From Octopus vulgaris (taxonomy: Eukaryota), in assembly GCA_951406725.2 (NCBI GenBank), contig OX597814.1, positions 64,666,001-64,730,000 on the forward strand: a stretch of DNA of 64,000 nt, given 5' to 3'. Below, piece after piece: positions 51,285-63,435 of this stretch (position 1 is its first letter; each line of letters starts with the position of its first letter). The position numbers were made by a program, and so were the translations under genes. A model generated the notes under the pieces. That model saw nothing but the letters and a program-made list of their open reading frames with translations, was not told the DNA's origin and did no database searches.

Positions 51285-52730
51285 ACTATCATTTACGTAG
51301 CCACCGTAGACTCTACAACCATTAAGGGCACAGTTTCGACAAAGAGCCTTACAGAGGGGAATTTCAAGGCCAGGTTCAACAATCACACCTTGAGCTTCAG
51401 GCACTGGGATAAACGGAAAACGACCAAATTATCCAGTCACATATGGTCCTTAAAAGATAAAGGTGTTGGTTGCAACATCCATTGGAAGATCTTAGTCAAG
51501 TGTAAGCCTTACACCAACGGCAGTGGTAAGTGCGGTCTTTGTGATATAGAAAGATGGCTCATCTGGAAAAGCAGCTTAGACCCCTCTACATGTCTGAATT
51601 CAAGAACTGAACATTTTGGATCTTGTCCATATGTGGCTAAATATTTGTTACATTTTTGGATCCCCCCAAGATCATACATAGAACTTTTTATATTGTGTCC
51701 ACGTAGAAGATTTTTATCGCTCTATACTTTTATATATATGCTTTATATATTTTATATAAATATTTCACATGTTTATAGAGATTTACACCATATTTTTCTT
51801 GCTTTATATATTTTTACACATTTTTCCTGTATTTTACCTCCCACCCTGCATTTTTCTTGTGCATGTGCGTATATTGATGTGTAAATGAATTTTGTGCCCA
51901 TGTGCGTGTGCGTGTGCGTGTGTGTAGGTATGTATACATGTACATGTGTATGGTTGCATATATATATGGGTGTACATGCGAGTATTCCACGTGAGTATAA
52001 GTGTGCATATGCATAAATAGCATGTACGTATTTTAGACGTGTATTTGAATATAACTCTGCGCGTATGGGTACGTGCACGTGTGTGTATGCACGCGTGTGG
52101 GCAGATATACATGTGTACATCGTGTGTATGCGCGGGTATGTATATATGTACATGTATGGTTGCATGTATGTGTGGGTGTACATGCATGTGTTCCACGCGA
52201 GTGTAAGCGAGCATATAGCATGTGCATATTTTTAGACGTGTATTTGTATGTAAATATGCGTGTATAGGTATGTGCACGTGTGTGTGTGCGCGTGTGTGTG
52301 GATTTGTATACGTGTACATGCATGGTTACATATATATGTGCATCTATTGGCATATGAGTGAATACGCATGTGTATGTTTCATGCGAGTCTGAGTGAGCAT
52401 ATACATATAGGCACATGTACGTAGGTGTGCGTGCGCGCATGTGTATATATGTACATACACGCATACGCGATTGCTATGGGCGTTTTTACTCTATTACCTT
52501 TTATTTCTTCCCCTTCGGTTTTTCCCCTTATTTAACGGTCTTTTTCATAGCATATTTTAATTGCCTCGATAACTGAAGAGGTGCCGGCGCAGGTTTCCGT
52601 CCCGACATCCGAAACTTAGAGTTTTATTATGGCAACCGAATAATTGTCACATATTATATTACAGATAAATTCCTCTATTTACATAATATCGAGGTCACTT
52701 TCATTCTTTTGTTGTCTTACCATTACTATT
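51285..52730 (+). mobile_element. 3' end of a second PLE clade (Hydra-like GIY-YIG) with long 3' UTR and hammerhead
   Basis: IIYVATV..LTEGNFKARFNNHTLSFRH..TKLSSHIWSLK..WKIL..PY..GKCGLCDIE..LNSRTE..SCPY; hammerhead at 52569-52627; ends at (TA)n; clade name tentative. Confidence 0.75.
52569..52627 (+). ncRNA. Type I hammerhead ribozyme
   Basis: ataa-CTGAAGA-ggtgccgg..ccgacatcc-GAAA-ct tag ag-TT-ttat. Confidence 0.75.
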
Positions 52731-52754
52731 AATATATATATAGATAGATAGATA

Positions 52755-53060
52755 TAGGTGCAGGCATGATAAGAAGATTGCTTCCCAACCATACAGTTCC
52801 GGGTTCAGTCCTACTACGTGGCACCTTAGCCAAGTGTCTGCTAATATAACCACGGTCCAACCAGAGCTTTGTGAGCGGATTTCGTTTACGGAAATTGAAA
52901 GAAGTCCGTCGTATGTATATATATTTTTGTGTGTGTATGGTTATGTATGTATTTGTGTGTGTATGTCTGAGTTTGTCCCCCACCATCACTTGACAACCGA
53001 TGTTGGCATTTTCCCGTCCCTGTAACTTAGCGGTTCGGCAAAGCAGATCCATAGATTAAG
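52755..53060 (+). mobile_element. SINE family A, 3' part lost
   Basis: Head and body match the family consensus. Confidence 0.8.
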
Positions 53061-53084
53061 TATATTATATTATGACTGATTTAA

Positions 53085-53700
53085 GGTTGTGAACATAACT
53101 GTATAGGACGGACAAGTATGGAAATTAGACGGAGAGCTACACTACATAAGGAACAAATCTTTTTCCCAAAGCATAGACAGATACCTTTGAGTGAACACAT
53201 AGAGAGATGTACATGGAATCTCCAACCAAACTTCACAGTTTTCCCCATCTTGTACAATTTCTGTACAAGAACGTTTAAATAAAGAAAAATTATCTATCGA
53301 AAAATACATAACATGCCTGAATATGAACGCATAACCAACTTTGATCTCAGTATATGTTTTAATTCATGATCACATATACATCACTGTACATATTTCATCG
53401 CACTACTTTAGCTTATGAGTTTTTATGTTTATTTTCCCACTCTAAAAATGAGCGATTACTTCCCCTGTCCCAAGCAATAACTACCACTTATTACCACCCC
53501 TTAGATCTTTCTATTTGTTGATTCATTCACAAATTTTCATATCAGAACATGGACTTAAATCTTCTTAAGAAACTATGAAATTACAATTATTTCAATGTCC
53601 TGACTAGCGAAAGCGAAACCGGTCGACAACTACAATACTCTTCCATTTAAAACATATTAAAACTATGTAAACTGTGTACATTTTCCGTCTTTCATTTTAT
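53085..53700 (+). mobile_element. 5'-truncated PLE remnant related to the intact element (GIY-YIG C-terminus, 3' UTR, hammerhead)
   Basis: Manual translation GCEHNCIGRTSMEIRRRATLHKEQIFFPKHRQIPLSEHIERC..TVFPI, then frameshifted ERLNKEKLSIEKY..LN, aligns to ORF2 VHRQQIRDPEVRQIPLSNHLATC. Confidence 0.8.
53596..53628 (+). ncRNA. Minimal hammerhead motif (33 nt) with G8U substitution
   Basis: tgtc-CTGACTA-gc gaaa gc-GAAA-ccgg-TC-gaca. Confidence 0.75.
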
Positions 53701-54012
53701 ATATATATTTATTGCATTACAACTCACCACGTGGCAATAATAGAAATTCTTGTCCTCTCAGTTCTTATTGCTATATGTATTTATATATAGATATAAACAT
53801 TTGTGTGTGTGAGAGTGTGCACGCACGCGCATGTGTAACTATCTCTGTGCGTGTCTTTTGTGTTTGTGCTTGTCAACTAATGTTGGTTTGTTTATGACAT
53901 CGTAACTTAAAATTTCGACAGAACAGGCTGATAACATCAGCAGCAGGTTTTAAAATAATAAATATAGGGGTTGACCCTTCAAGGTAGTACACACACACAC
54001 ATACACACCCAC

Positions 54013-54075
<63 letters not shown>

Positions 54076-54172
54076 CAGAGACAGACAGAGACAGAAATAC
54101 AAGGAGTTTTCATCAACTAACAAAGGGATGTGTATGTATTATGAGTGCTCAGTTTGGTTTACCACTGAAATT

Positions 54173-54273
54173 CCGCCTTGAACGGCAGCTGAAAAGTGTG
54201 GTGTTCAGATTGGCTTTCGAAGGCGGCTAAAGCCAGTCTCAACACCACACTTTTCAGCTGCCGTTAAAGGCGG
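54173..54273. repeat. Short hairpin, ~45-bp arms
   Basis: ccgccttgaacggcagctgaaaagtgtggtgtt / aacaccacacttttcagctgccgttaaaggcgg. Confidence 0.9.
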
Positions 54274-54282
54274 TACACATAT

Positions 54283-54370
<88 letters not shown>

Positions 54371-54477
54371 TTTTATAATTAATCAATATAGGGTGGCAAA
54401 TAATTTGTAGAATTTTTTTGCCACCAGCGGCCTAGTGGGAAAAAATTAAATAGTCAAAGACCATTTTTAAGTTCAAC

Positions 54478-54568
54478 ATCACAATCAAGGAACGGCCATA
54501 ATAGGCCATTCACCCACTAGAAATAATTTTCTGGTAGGTGAATGGCCTATTATGGCCGTTCCTTGATT

Positions 54569-54573
<5 letters not shown>
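54478..54573. repeat. Short hairpin, ~45-bp arms, ending at (TA)n
   Basis: atcacaatcaaggaacggccataataggccattcacc / ggtgaatggcctattatggccgttccttgattgtgat. Confidence 0.9.
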
Positions 54574-54599
<26 letters not shown>

Positions 54600-54602
<3 letters not shown>

Positions 54603-54820
54603 TTTTTTTCTTTAATTTCTTTTATTTGTTTCTGTAAATTTGACTGCAGCCAAGCTGGAGAACCGCCTTTATTCGAGCAAATCGATCCCATGACTTATTC
54701 TTTCTAAGCCTTATACTTATTGTATCGGTTTCGTTTGCCGAACCGCTAAGTTGCGGGGACGTAAACACACCAGCATTTGTTGTCAAGTGATGGTGGGGGA
54801 CAAACACAGAGGCACAAATA
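54600..54820 (-). mobile_element. 3' half of SINE family A attached downstream of the RTE tail
   Basis: Family A tail sequence, no head. Confidence 0.8.
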
Positions 54821-54835
54821 TATACATACATACAT

Positions 54836-55820
54836 TATGGCTGCCCCCTCGTTATTGAGTATGGCCATTGCACGAAGCTTAACTGTTATTGGTGCTGTGA
54901 TCGAATGTGACTTTTTAGCCCAGCTAAAGATCTACAATGTCTTGTACAAAATTGGCAACTAAAACCTTTACTGGTAATAGCCGGCTGTAATTGTAACTGG
55001 GTTTCATGTACATTTACATGTCGTTTAAGTCCTCCTGCCGAATTACACTCTCTTCCACATGCCCGACAGATATGATTAGTATGGTGTGTTACACCACCAC
55101 CAGTGGCCAGGTTGTCACTCGTCTGTCTCGTTTTATGACTACGAAGATGACTCATGAGTCCAGCTTTACTGAGGCAGGGTCTAGCACAGACATTGTATGT
55201 CAGCATCAAAGGAAGACCCTTCCCTTCTGGAAGTGTAACAGCGATGCCCTTCTTAACATCCCCCCCTTACTTTCTCATGTGCAACTCGAGATTTCTCAAA
55301 AGTGGCTGTCCCCTCATGCACAATCCTTCTCCACCTGCTACGATCAAAATAGCTATGCCTTCCCATGTGTCAGGAGAGATGCAAGCATCTCGTAAGGAAG
55401 CCTTCAGCAAGTCTTTATACCTCTTTTTTGGTTTATGTGGAGGTCGTTCTCCTTTAGCTAACTCTCCATAAAAGAGTTGTTTTGGCATCCTTGAATCCTT
55501 CATCCTGACCAAATGACCACTCCATCTGAGCCTTTGCTTTAACACAAGAGCTTCTATACTTTCACACCGAGAGCCTTCCAATATTTCAAGATCACTGATG
55601 CGGTCCTTCCACTTAATGCCATAGATCCGTCTGAGGCACATCTGATGGAAACGTTCCAGTAGTTTAAGGTGGTATCGATATGTGACCCACGTCTCGCAGG
55701 CATAGAGAAGAGAAGGGAGCATACATGCCTTGTACGCCTTTATCTTTGTCTTTCTGGATATGTCTCGCTGACTCCAGAGGCGCTTTTCTAGCCTTCCGAA
55801 AGCAACACTTGCTTTCCTAA
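54836..55820 (-). mobile_element. RTE-clade LINE 3' fragment with three C-terminal C2H2-like fingers
   Basis: LLYACETW..LERFHQMCLRRI.GIKWKD..RLRWSGHLVRM..RMPKQLFYGEL..PKKRYKD; ORF 54886-55209 fingers; (TATG)n tail. Confidence 0.9.
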
Positions 55821-55848
55821 TTCATACCTACATACATACATACATACA

Positions 55849-55920
<72 letters not shown>

Positions 55921-55922
<2 letters not shown>

Positions 55923-56437
55923 TTATGATAGATAATGGTGTCAAGAAGACACAAAGGTGTTAGGTAATGCTGAGTAAGTGCTATGGACAGACTATAGTTA
56001 AGCTCCGGTTTCGGTGATTATGCGAATGAGGAGTTCAACGTATGTCAAATATTAGCGTGCATATATATAAAAAAGTTAACAGAATGAGATTAAAATCCAA
56101 GGCTGTGAAATATTTCAGAAAATAAGGAAAAGAGGTCTTATAGCTGTTTCCGGGATATTGTATATATCCCTTCATCGGAGACGGCACGAGAAAATGGTTA
56201 AGCAATAGTTATTCTAGAGATGATATGAAATAGAGCGTGAAGTGGAGGAATGAAAACAGACGTGAGATATGCAGGGATATTGTATCTGCAGTTCCATTAT
56301 TTAAGCAGTATGGTATACACATAAGCTTCTTGTACCAGGAAACTTATATGGATACCATTCAAACCAGCTGTAAGACCTTCTCTTTATAAATGTTCTGAAA
56401 TCTTTCACAGCCTTGGATTTTTATCTCATTCTGATAA
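55921..56437 (-). mobile_element. PLE pLTR-derived element with inverted segment and hammerhead (56135-56182, minus) between (TA)n tracts
   Basis: gtct-CCGATGA-agggata tatacaa tatcccg-GAAA-cagcta-TA-agac; 56365-56437 inverts 56075-56147. Confidence 0.75.
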
Positions 56438-56450
56438 TTTATATATATAT

Positions 56451-56893
56451 AGCCTCCAACAATATCAGAGACCTGGGTGTAATTGTTGATGACGATCTCA
56501 GTTGGAGTGCACACATCAATAAGAAGGTCGATATAGCTCGTAGGATGAGTTCCTGGATCTTAAGAACTTTCCGGTCCAGAGAACAAGGTGTCATCATACC
56601 ACTTTTCTCCTCCTTTGTACGGCCACACCTTGAATACTGCTGCCCACTGTGGTCTCCCCCGAGGGAGATCAAAGAGGAAAAGGATCCCATCAACTTTAAA
56701 CGGAGTCTGGATAGATTCCTTCAAAGAATACCAGATAAACCACCCATAATTGGATACAACTCACCCAACAAGAACTCCCTACTTGAACAAAACTTAACTT
56801 AAACGAAACTTGACTTAAACAGGATTCGAATAATCCTATCAAGTGGTGCTATTAAGTTAGACATGGTTTGGACCAATCTTTGGTCGAAACATA

Positions 56894-56897
<4 letters not shown>
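56451..56897 (+). mobile_element. CR1-like LINE 3' fragment with internal deletion
   Basis: IRDLGVIVDDDLSWSAHI..WILRTF..VRPHLEYCCPLWSP joined to FKRSLDRFLQRIPDKP..NSL; terminal stem-loop gaccaa/ttggtc. Confidence 0.85.
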
Positions 56898-56924
<27 letters not shown>

Positions 56925-57218
56925 CTCTTTATTCTTTACTCTTTTACTTGTTTCAGTCATTTGACTGCAGCCATGCTGGAGCACCGCCTTTAATCGAGCA
57001 ACTCGACCCCGGCACTTATTCTTTGTAAGCCCAGTACTTATTTTATCGGTCTGTTTTGCCGAACCGCTAAGTGACGGGAACATAAACACACCAGCATTGG
57101 TCGTTAAGTGATGGTGGGGGACAAACACAGAGGCACAAATACATACATACATACATACATACATTATGGCTGCCCCCTCGTTATTGAGTATGGCCATTGT
57201 ACAAAGCTTAACTGTTAC
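56925..57218 (-). mobile_element. Composite: ~55-bp RTE 3' tip + (TATG)n + SINE A 3' half
   Basis: Same junction as 54600-54890 (cagaggcacaaata..catacattatggctgccccctcgttattgagtatggccattg). Confidence 0.8.
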
Positions 57219-57303
57219 TGTTACGTCGGTTGTCAAGCAATGCTAGGGGGACAAACACGGACACACAAACACACACACATACACACACACACACACATAC
57301 ACA

Positions 57304-57388
<85 letters not shown>

Positions 57389-57890
57389 GTATTATAAATT
57401 TGTTTATGAGAAACGTTTTGAATTTGCAAATAAAGTTCATATTCCATTATGCCAGCTAGTCTAATGATACTGACTGGTGGTGTTCCAGTTTTTGGGAGTT
57501 GCATAGAGCTGTACCGATATAATGTAGGATATATATAGTAATAATAACAATAATCCTTGGATGGAATTTATAAATATTTTAATGTATCGCTATGCTCGTT
57601 TCCACAAATCGCTTATCTCTTGAAATCACAGTCCGTATTCTTGGGATGATTATAATGTAGTCCGTAGTATCCGAGGGTATCAGGTAGATTATCTTCCTAA
57701 ATTCATTTCTTCAAGCAATTAAATATTAATAGATACTTAACTGAGGTTGTTTTCCCTTTTGTACAATGTGAACTGCGTCCATGCTGGAACATTACCTTGA
57801 AGTATATTTCAGTCGGATGATCCTCATATTTATTTTCTTTGTAAGCATGGTACATATTTTATTCGTCTCTCCAGCCGAGCATCTAAGTAC

Positions 57891-57925
<35 letters not shown>

Positions 57926-57928
<3 letters not shown>

Positions 57929-58346
57929 AAATAAGTAACAAAGATATCCAGGTATCAATCCATTACGGCCGTTTCGAGCGGCTCCATTTAATCGGTCAAT
58001 GAAAACATTATATCAATTTGAAAGAAACCTCTGCCTTCAGACGCAGATGACCATACAAATTTCTAACATAAAGAATAAACTATTTTTAACAAATTTATAT
58101 CAGTACTAGAGACCAAGATAATTACATTGTGGGCAGCAGCATTGTTTCCTTATTGTGGTTTGTAGTACTTGACATGAATTTTTTAAAAATGGTTTATCCT
58201 TTATATTCGAAATATATATGGTCATCTACTTCTGACGAGAGCGGTTTCTTTCAAATTGATGCCATGTTTTCATTGATCGATTAAATGGAACCGCCCGAAA
58301 CGGGCCGTAATGCATTGATAACTGGCATCCATGTTACTTATTTACA
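57926..58346. mobile_element. Diverged fold-back element with a hammerhead in each arm (58227-58314 plus; 57960-58045 minus)
   Basis: CTGACGA-gagcggtt..aaccgccc-GAAA-cgggccg-TA-atgca; mirror arm has palindromic cggccg. Confidence 0.8.
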
Positions 58347-58449
58347 TATTATATAATCTACCTTTGAGCTGCGCGGACTATACGGAACTGGTTTGCTGCC
58401 TCAATTTAAGTACCTAATTCCACTGAATCTTAATTATATTTTATATGTA

Positions 58450-58502
<53 letters not shown>

Positions 58503-58614
58503 ATACATACACACACACACACACACACATATATATACTTACACGCATACATCCACACACACATACATACATACGTACGTACATACATACATACATACAT
58601 ACATTTTAAAAAAG

Positions 58615-58930
58615 ACTCCGCCGGTTACGACGACGAGGGTCCCAGCTGATACGATCAACGGAACAGCTTGCTCGTGAAATTAACGTGCAAATGGCTGAGC
58701 ATTCCACAGACACGCGTACCCTTAACGTAGTTCTCGGGGATAATCAGCGTGACACAGAGAGTGACAAGGCTGACCCTTTGAAATACAAGTACAACTCATT
58801 TTTGCCAGCTGAGTGGACTGGAGCAACGTGAAATAAAGTGTCTTGCTCAAGGACACAACGCGTCGCCGGGAATCGAACTCACAACCTTACGATCATGAGC
58901 CGAATGCCCTAACCACTAAGCCACGCGCCC
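58615..58930 (-). mobile_element. SINE family C, near full length (tRNA-derived head)
   Basis: Minus strand ggcgcgtggcttagtggttaggg (A box)..gagttcgattccc (B box)..gtgtccttgagcaagacacttta core. Confidence 0.9.
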
Positions 58931-59019
58931 TCACACATACATACATACATACATACATACATACATACATTCATGCATACATGCTAGAAATATCAATATA
59001 ACTCATAATTTCTTTGTAG

Positions 59020-60315
59020 GTGACCTCAAGATTTATGCTAAAAGTGTTAACAATGCCAAAAAACAACTGGAATTGATAACAGCATTTTCAGTTGATATAG
59101 GCACGGAATTTGGCCAAAAGAAATGTTAATATCTGGTTGTAGAACGAGGAAAGTCAGTCCTCCAAACCCCAAACCTTTACATCAACGGTCTCTCTATCTC
59201 CCCCATTCCACACAAAGAATGTTACAAGTACCTAGGCATAGATGAAAATGTATCATATGAAGGCACTGTGAATAAAGGTAGAGTGACCCGAGAATATTGC
59301 AACAGAATTAGGAAAATATGGCAGTCGGAACTCTCCTCTCGCAACAAAACAATATACCACAATGCATTTGCAGTAATAGTGCAGATCCCAATATTTGGGA
59401 TACTTGATTGGTCTGTAGAGGAAATCCACTCCATAGATATCAAAACCCGCAAAATCCCGACAATAACTTGGAACTTCCACAGAAACAGTGATGTTGACAG
59501 GCTCTACCTAAGAAGAAATGAAGGTGGTAGAGGCTTGAGATCAGTATAGATAGACTTCGAATGCCGTATGGTATCACTGAGGCGTTTGCAATCTAGGAAC
59601 AGGAGATTGCCACAAAGTACCTGGTGAACAAGAGATACAGTGACGCTCTTGTAAGCTCAAGGTGCAATTGCATGTGTAGGTTATATCATGTTTCTGTGGA
59701 AGACATCACGCATGTGATTAGCAGCTGTCCTAAAATGTCATCAGGATACTACCTCCCTATGCGACACGATGGTGTTGCTGAAACAATTTACAATGCCTTC
59801 CGTAAAAAGACTGTCTTGAAATATACTTAGAAAATCCTTCTGTTATGAAATACATTCATAAACACCAATTCAAGGAATACTGGTGGAATATTCTTATCAA
59901 AACTTCTGTCAAATGTAAACATAACAGGCCTGATGTTGTTGTTTGGGACAGAGGGGCAAAGGTATGTACCGTCATGGAGGTCAGCTGCCCTGTAGATATA
60001 AATATCTCTTTGAAAATCAAAGAAAAAGAGGATATCTATGGACAGCTGCTTTGAAACATCCAGCTTCTCTATCCAGACTATAAATTCATATTCATACCAG
60101 TAATAATTGGAGCACTGGATTTATTAAGGGAAATCGACCGGCTAATTAATACATTACAAGTCCAATCTGCGGGTGGAACAGTAAAAATATTTAAGACTTT
60201 TCTCAAGTTCCAAATATGAATTTGTCTGTGTTAACTACATCCCAAAGATGGAGCCTTGTATGTTTGTTAGAAACTAGCTATCTCCTCAGAGGAAGATTTC
60301 TAATAATAAAAAATA
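59020..60315 (+). mobile_element. Dong/R4-like LINE 3' fragment (second family), internally deleted
   Basis: YKYLGI, FHRNSDVDRLYLRRNEGGRGLRSV, CRL..EDITHVISSCP..RHD, HNRPDVVVWD..EVSCP (RLE); taataataa tail. Confidence 0.85.
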
Positions 60316-60889
60316 GAAGACACATACATACATACATACATACATACATACATACATACATACATACATACATACATACATACATACATTCATACGTACA
60401 TACATACATGCATACATACATACATATGCATACCCTCATATATACATGTACATAAAAAGAGATAGCTTGCTAGCTAGATAGATAGATGAAGTTGGAGAAA
60501 ACTACACGCTCCCTTGAGAGTGTTGCGTGCAATAATTGTCGTGTTTGTAGTTATTGTAAGGTCGATGTCACCTTTGTTTCTTTTTTTTTTTTCGTTTTGT
60601 TTTTTGTTGATATCTGTCTTACAAACGTCACACGATCACAGCAGAAGGAATGTCAAACGTAGGGACAAATGCGGGATGCAGTGGAGCAGCTTGGATCTTA
60701 TTGCAACTCTAAACGTATATTTGTCATTGTATGCTGATCGCATTCTGTTGATGATATTCGAATCCACATCATCCTTGTAGTTATCATCATCATCGTCATC
60801 GTCGTCATTTTCTTTGCCATCATCAGCATCAGCAACAGCAAATCGTGATGGCTCTAGTATTTTCACTGTCACTACACATTTACTATAAT

Positions 60890-61105
60890 AATCCTTTCCA
60901 CTATAGGCTCAATGCCTGAAGTTTTGGGGTAGAAAGCAAGTTATTTACATCAACCCCAGTCTTCAGCTGGTTCTTATTTCATCAACCTGGTAGGAGGAAA
61001 AGCAAAGTCGACCTCAGCGGAATTTGTTCTCAGAGGTAAAGATGAATGAATGCCCCTAAGTATTTCGTCCGGTGTGCTAACCGTTCTGCCAGCTCACTGC
61101 CTTAA
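60890..61105 (-). mobile_element. SINE family B
   Basis: Reverse complement of the family B consensus. Confidence 0.75.
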
Positions 61106-62490
61106 CACACACTCTTAGGAAAGCAATTGTCGACAACTATATCAGAATGATAACTTCTGTCACCACCACAAGCGTAACGTAATATTCGTAACAGCACCTT
61201 AACACTATAACCATCAGTGATTCAACCACGAGTACACCACCACCACCACCAGTATCACCAACAGCACCAAACAAATCGTCTACAATGACAAGATCACCGA
61301 CCACACCACACCACACCACACTACACCACTCTACTGCCATCGGTTTTATCAGTGCAACTCGCTCACCTTTTTTTTTCTATCTTAAACTCATTTATTGGAA
61401 ATCACTGCTTCGAAGTATCCCTCCGCCCACCTCATGGCTTTTATTTTAGCTTACTGCACTACTTTCAATCTCAGTACCAAATCCCCACTTCAACCAACCT
61501 CATACCACTTTACCCTTTTCCTGAGTCTTATCAACAACATCAAATGGAGGCTGTCAACATCTACTTGTCAACCATAACTGATGTGTAACGTACAAATGTC
61601 CCAGAAACACGCGTACACACGCCTAGGCATACATACAGACACAAAGGCACATATAAGCAGAGAGACACGCAGGCAAATATAGTATATACAGCTACACACA
61701 CAAAATCTATTCTGTCTTTGCGCAAACACATTTGTGTTACACCTGCGTTTCAACATATTGTCTCTTCTTCGCTATTTATATTTTTATTTATTTATTTCTA
61801 TAATAATTTCCACGTCCTCTTGAAAACAGTTGAAGTGAGACGGGTTATTTTGAATGAAACGTTGAAGGAGTGAGAGGTTGTCTAAAAGACAATTGGAAAA
61901 GGAAAAGGGAAAGAAAAAGAAAGGATTGACTGGTATCAGGTGGCATTGGACAGAAGTGGATATAAAGAACAAAAGAACGGAGGCGATAGCGCAGTAGACG
62001 AAAATGGTAAGGGAATCAAATTATTGGAGATGATGGAGGGTAAAGATAGGTAAGTCGATGAGAAACATATATAACTATATGATGATCTTGACGATAAAGA
62101 CGACCATATCGATGTTGATGAAGATGATGATGAGTCTGATACACTAATGGTGCGATGATATATTGCAAAGTAAAGTAACCTAGTTACATTGTAGGGAGCA
62201 TACAAGTGGTTACCCGACATGCGAAGAATAGAAGCCAAGTCATTCTTAAATCATGTTCACTATCTTATTATATATTGCATAACATAATCTGGGTACGAAT
62301 TCAATTTCTTAATAAATAAATTAATTAATAGATAAATAAAAAATAAGATGATAAATGGCCATTGATCATGGTTCTGCGCAGGGTGAGCTAAGATGGTGTT
62401 TAGCAACAACAACAACGACACATTATAAAGCTCAAATATTACTATTCATAAAACAACTATAACTCACACACACAGACACATACACACACA

Positions 62491-62569
<79 letters not shown>

Positions 62570-62570
62570 A

Positions 62571-62629
<59 letters not shown>

Positions 62630-62654
62630 TTATCATTCTTTCAGTTTGGGTTTC

Positions 62655-62917
62655 AGGAGGACGCAGTTGTTTAACAGCGTCCAAAACTACCTCAGAGATA
62701 TGCGAGATGTAGATGTAGAGACCTAAAAAAAAATGTGGTCAAATTTCCATCTGAAATCCCAGATGAACACACATCGCGGTAGGAGGCAAAAGGAAGAGCA
62801 GCTTCATCTAACTTGCTTCTTCATAAAAACAGTATAGAAAGGTGACCCAAACACACTGTAAGGCGGTGCTGCAGCATAGTGCCAGCCTTTGGTTGAAACC
62901 AGTAAGAGATGAAAGAT
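62655..62917 (+). mobile_element. CR1-like LINE 3' tip
   Basis: Frameshifted [22 protein letters not shown]; tail aaggcggtgctgcagcat..cagcc ttt ggttgaaac. Confidence 0.7.
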
Positions 62918-62936
62918 TACACACACACACACGCAT

Positions 62937-63041
<105 letters not shown>

Positions 63042-63089
63042 CATACATATAGATATACGTGCATACACACACATATATATATGTGTGTG

Positions 63090-63131
<42 letters not shown>

Positions 63132-63140
63132 TATATATAT

Positions 63141-63435
63141 TAGACGTTTCAGCCATGCGGCTGGGATCATACTGGAGTACAACCGTGGGCGTTCTGATTT
63201 CCTCAGCCTGGGGCGTTTCACTTCACCACTCCTGCATGTGCCTTTGTCCCAGCTGTTGGTCCATTTGGTGTATAAGGGAGTTTGAATCCACTGCCCTCGT
63301 CTGCACCTCATGTCGGGCTGTTGGTTCATCCGGTATTGTGGAGAGGAGGATGTCTAGTTCCTTTCTTAATTTTTGTAGCAGGGCATTGAAAACCTGTGGG
63401 CCTTTGGACCCTAGATTATTGCAGTACCTAAAATG
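63141..63435 (-). mobile_element. CR1-like LINE 3' tip
   Basis: Manual translation [35 protein letters not shown]; tail ctccagtatgatcccagcc gcat ggctgaaac. Confidence 0.8.

Noticed and set aside
54161-54202. Hammerhead-like acca-CTGAAAT..GAAA-agtg-tggt
   Set aside because: Core lacks G8/A9, no stem III or UH site, and stem II is not adjacent to GAAA.
56850-56897. Hairpin followed by GAAAC resembling half a hammerhead
   Set aside because: No CUGANGA box; it is the CR1 3' terminal stem-loop.
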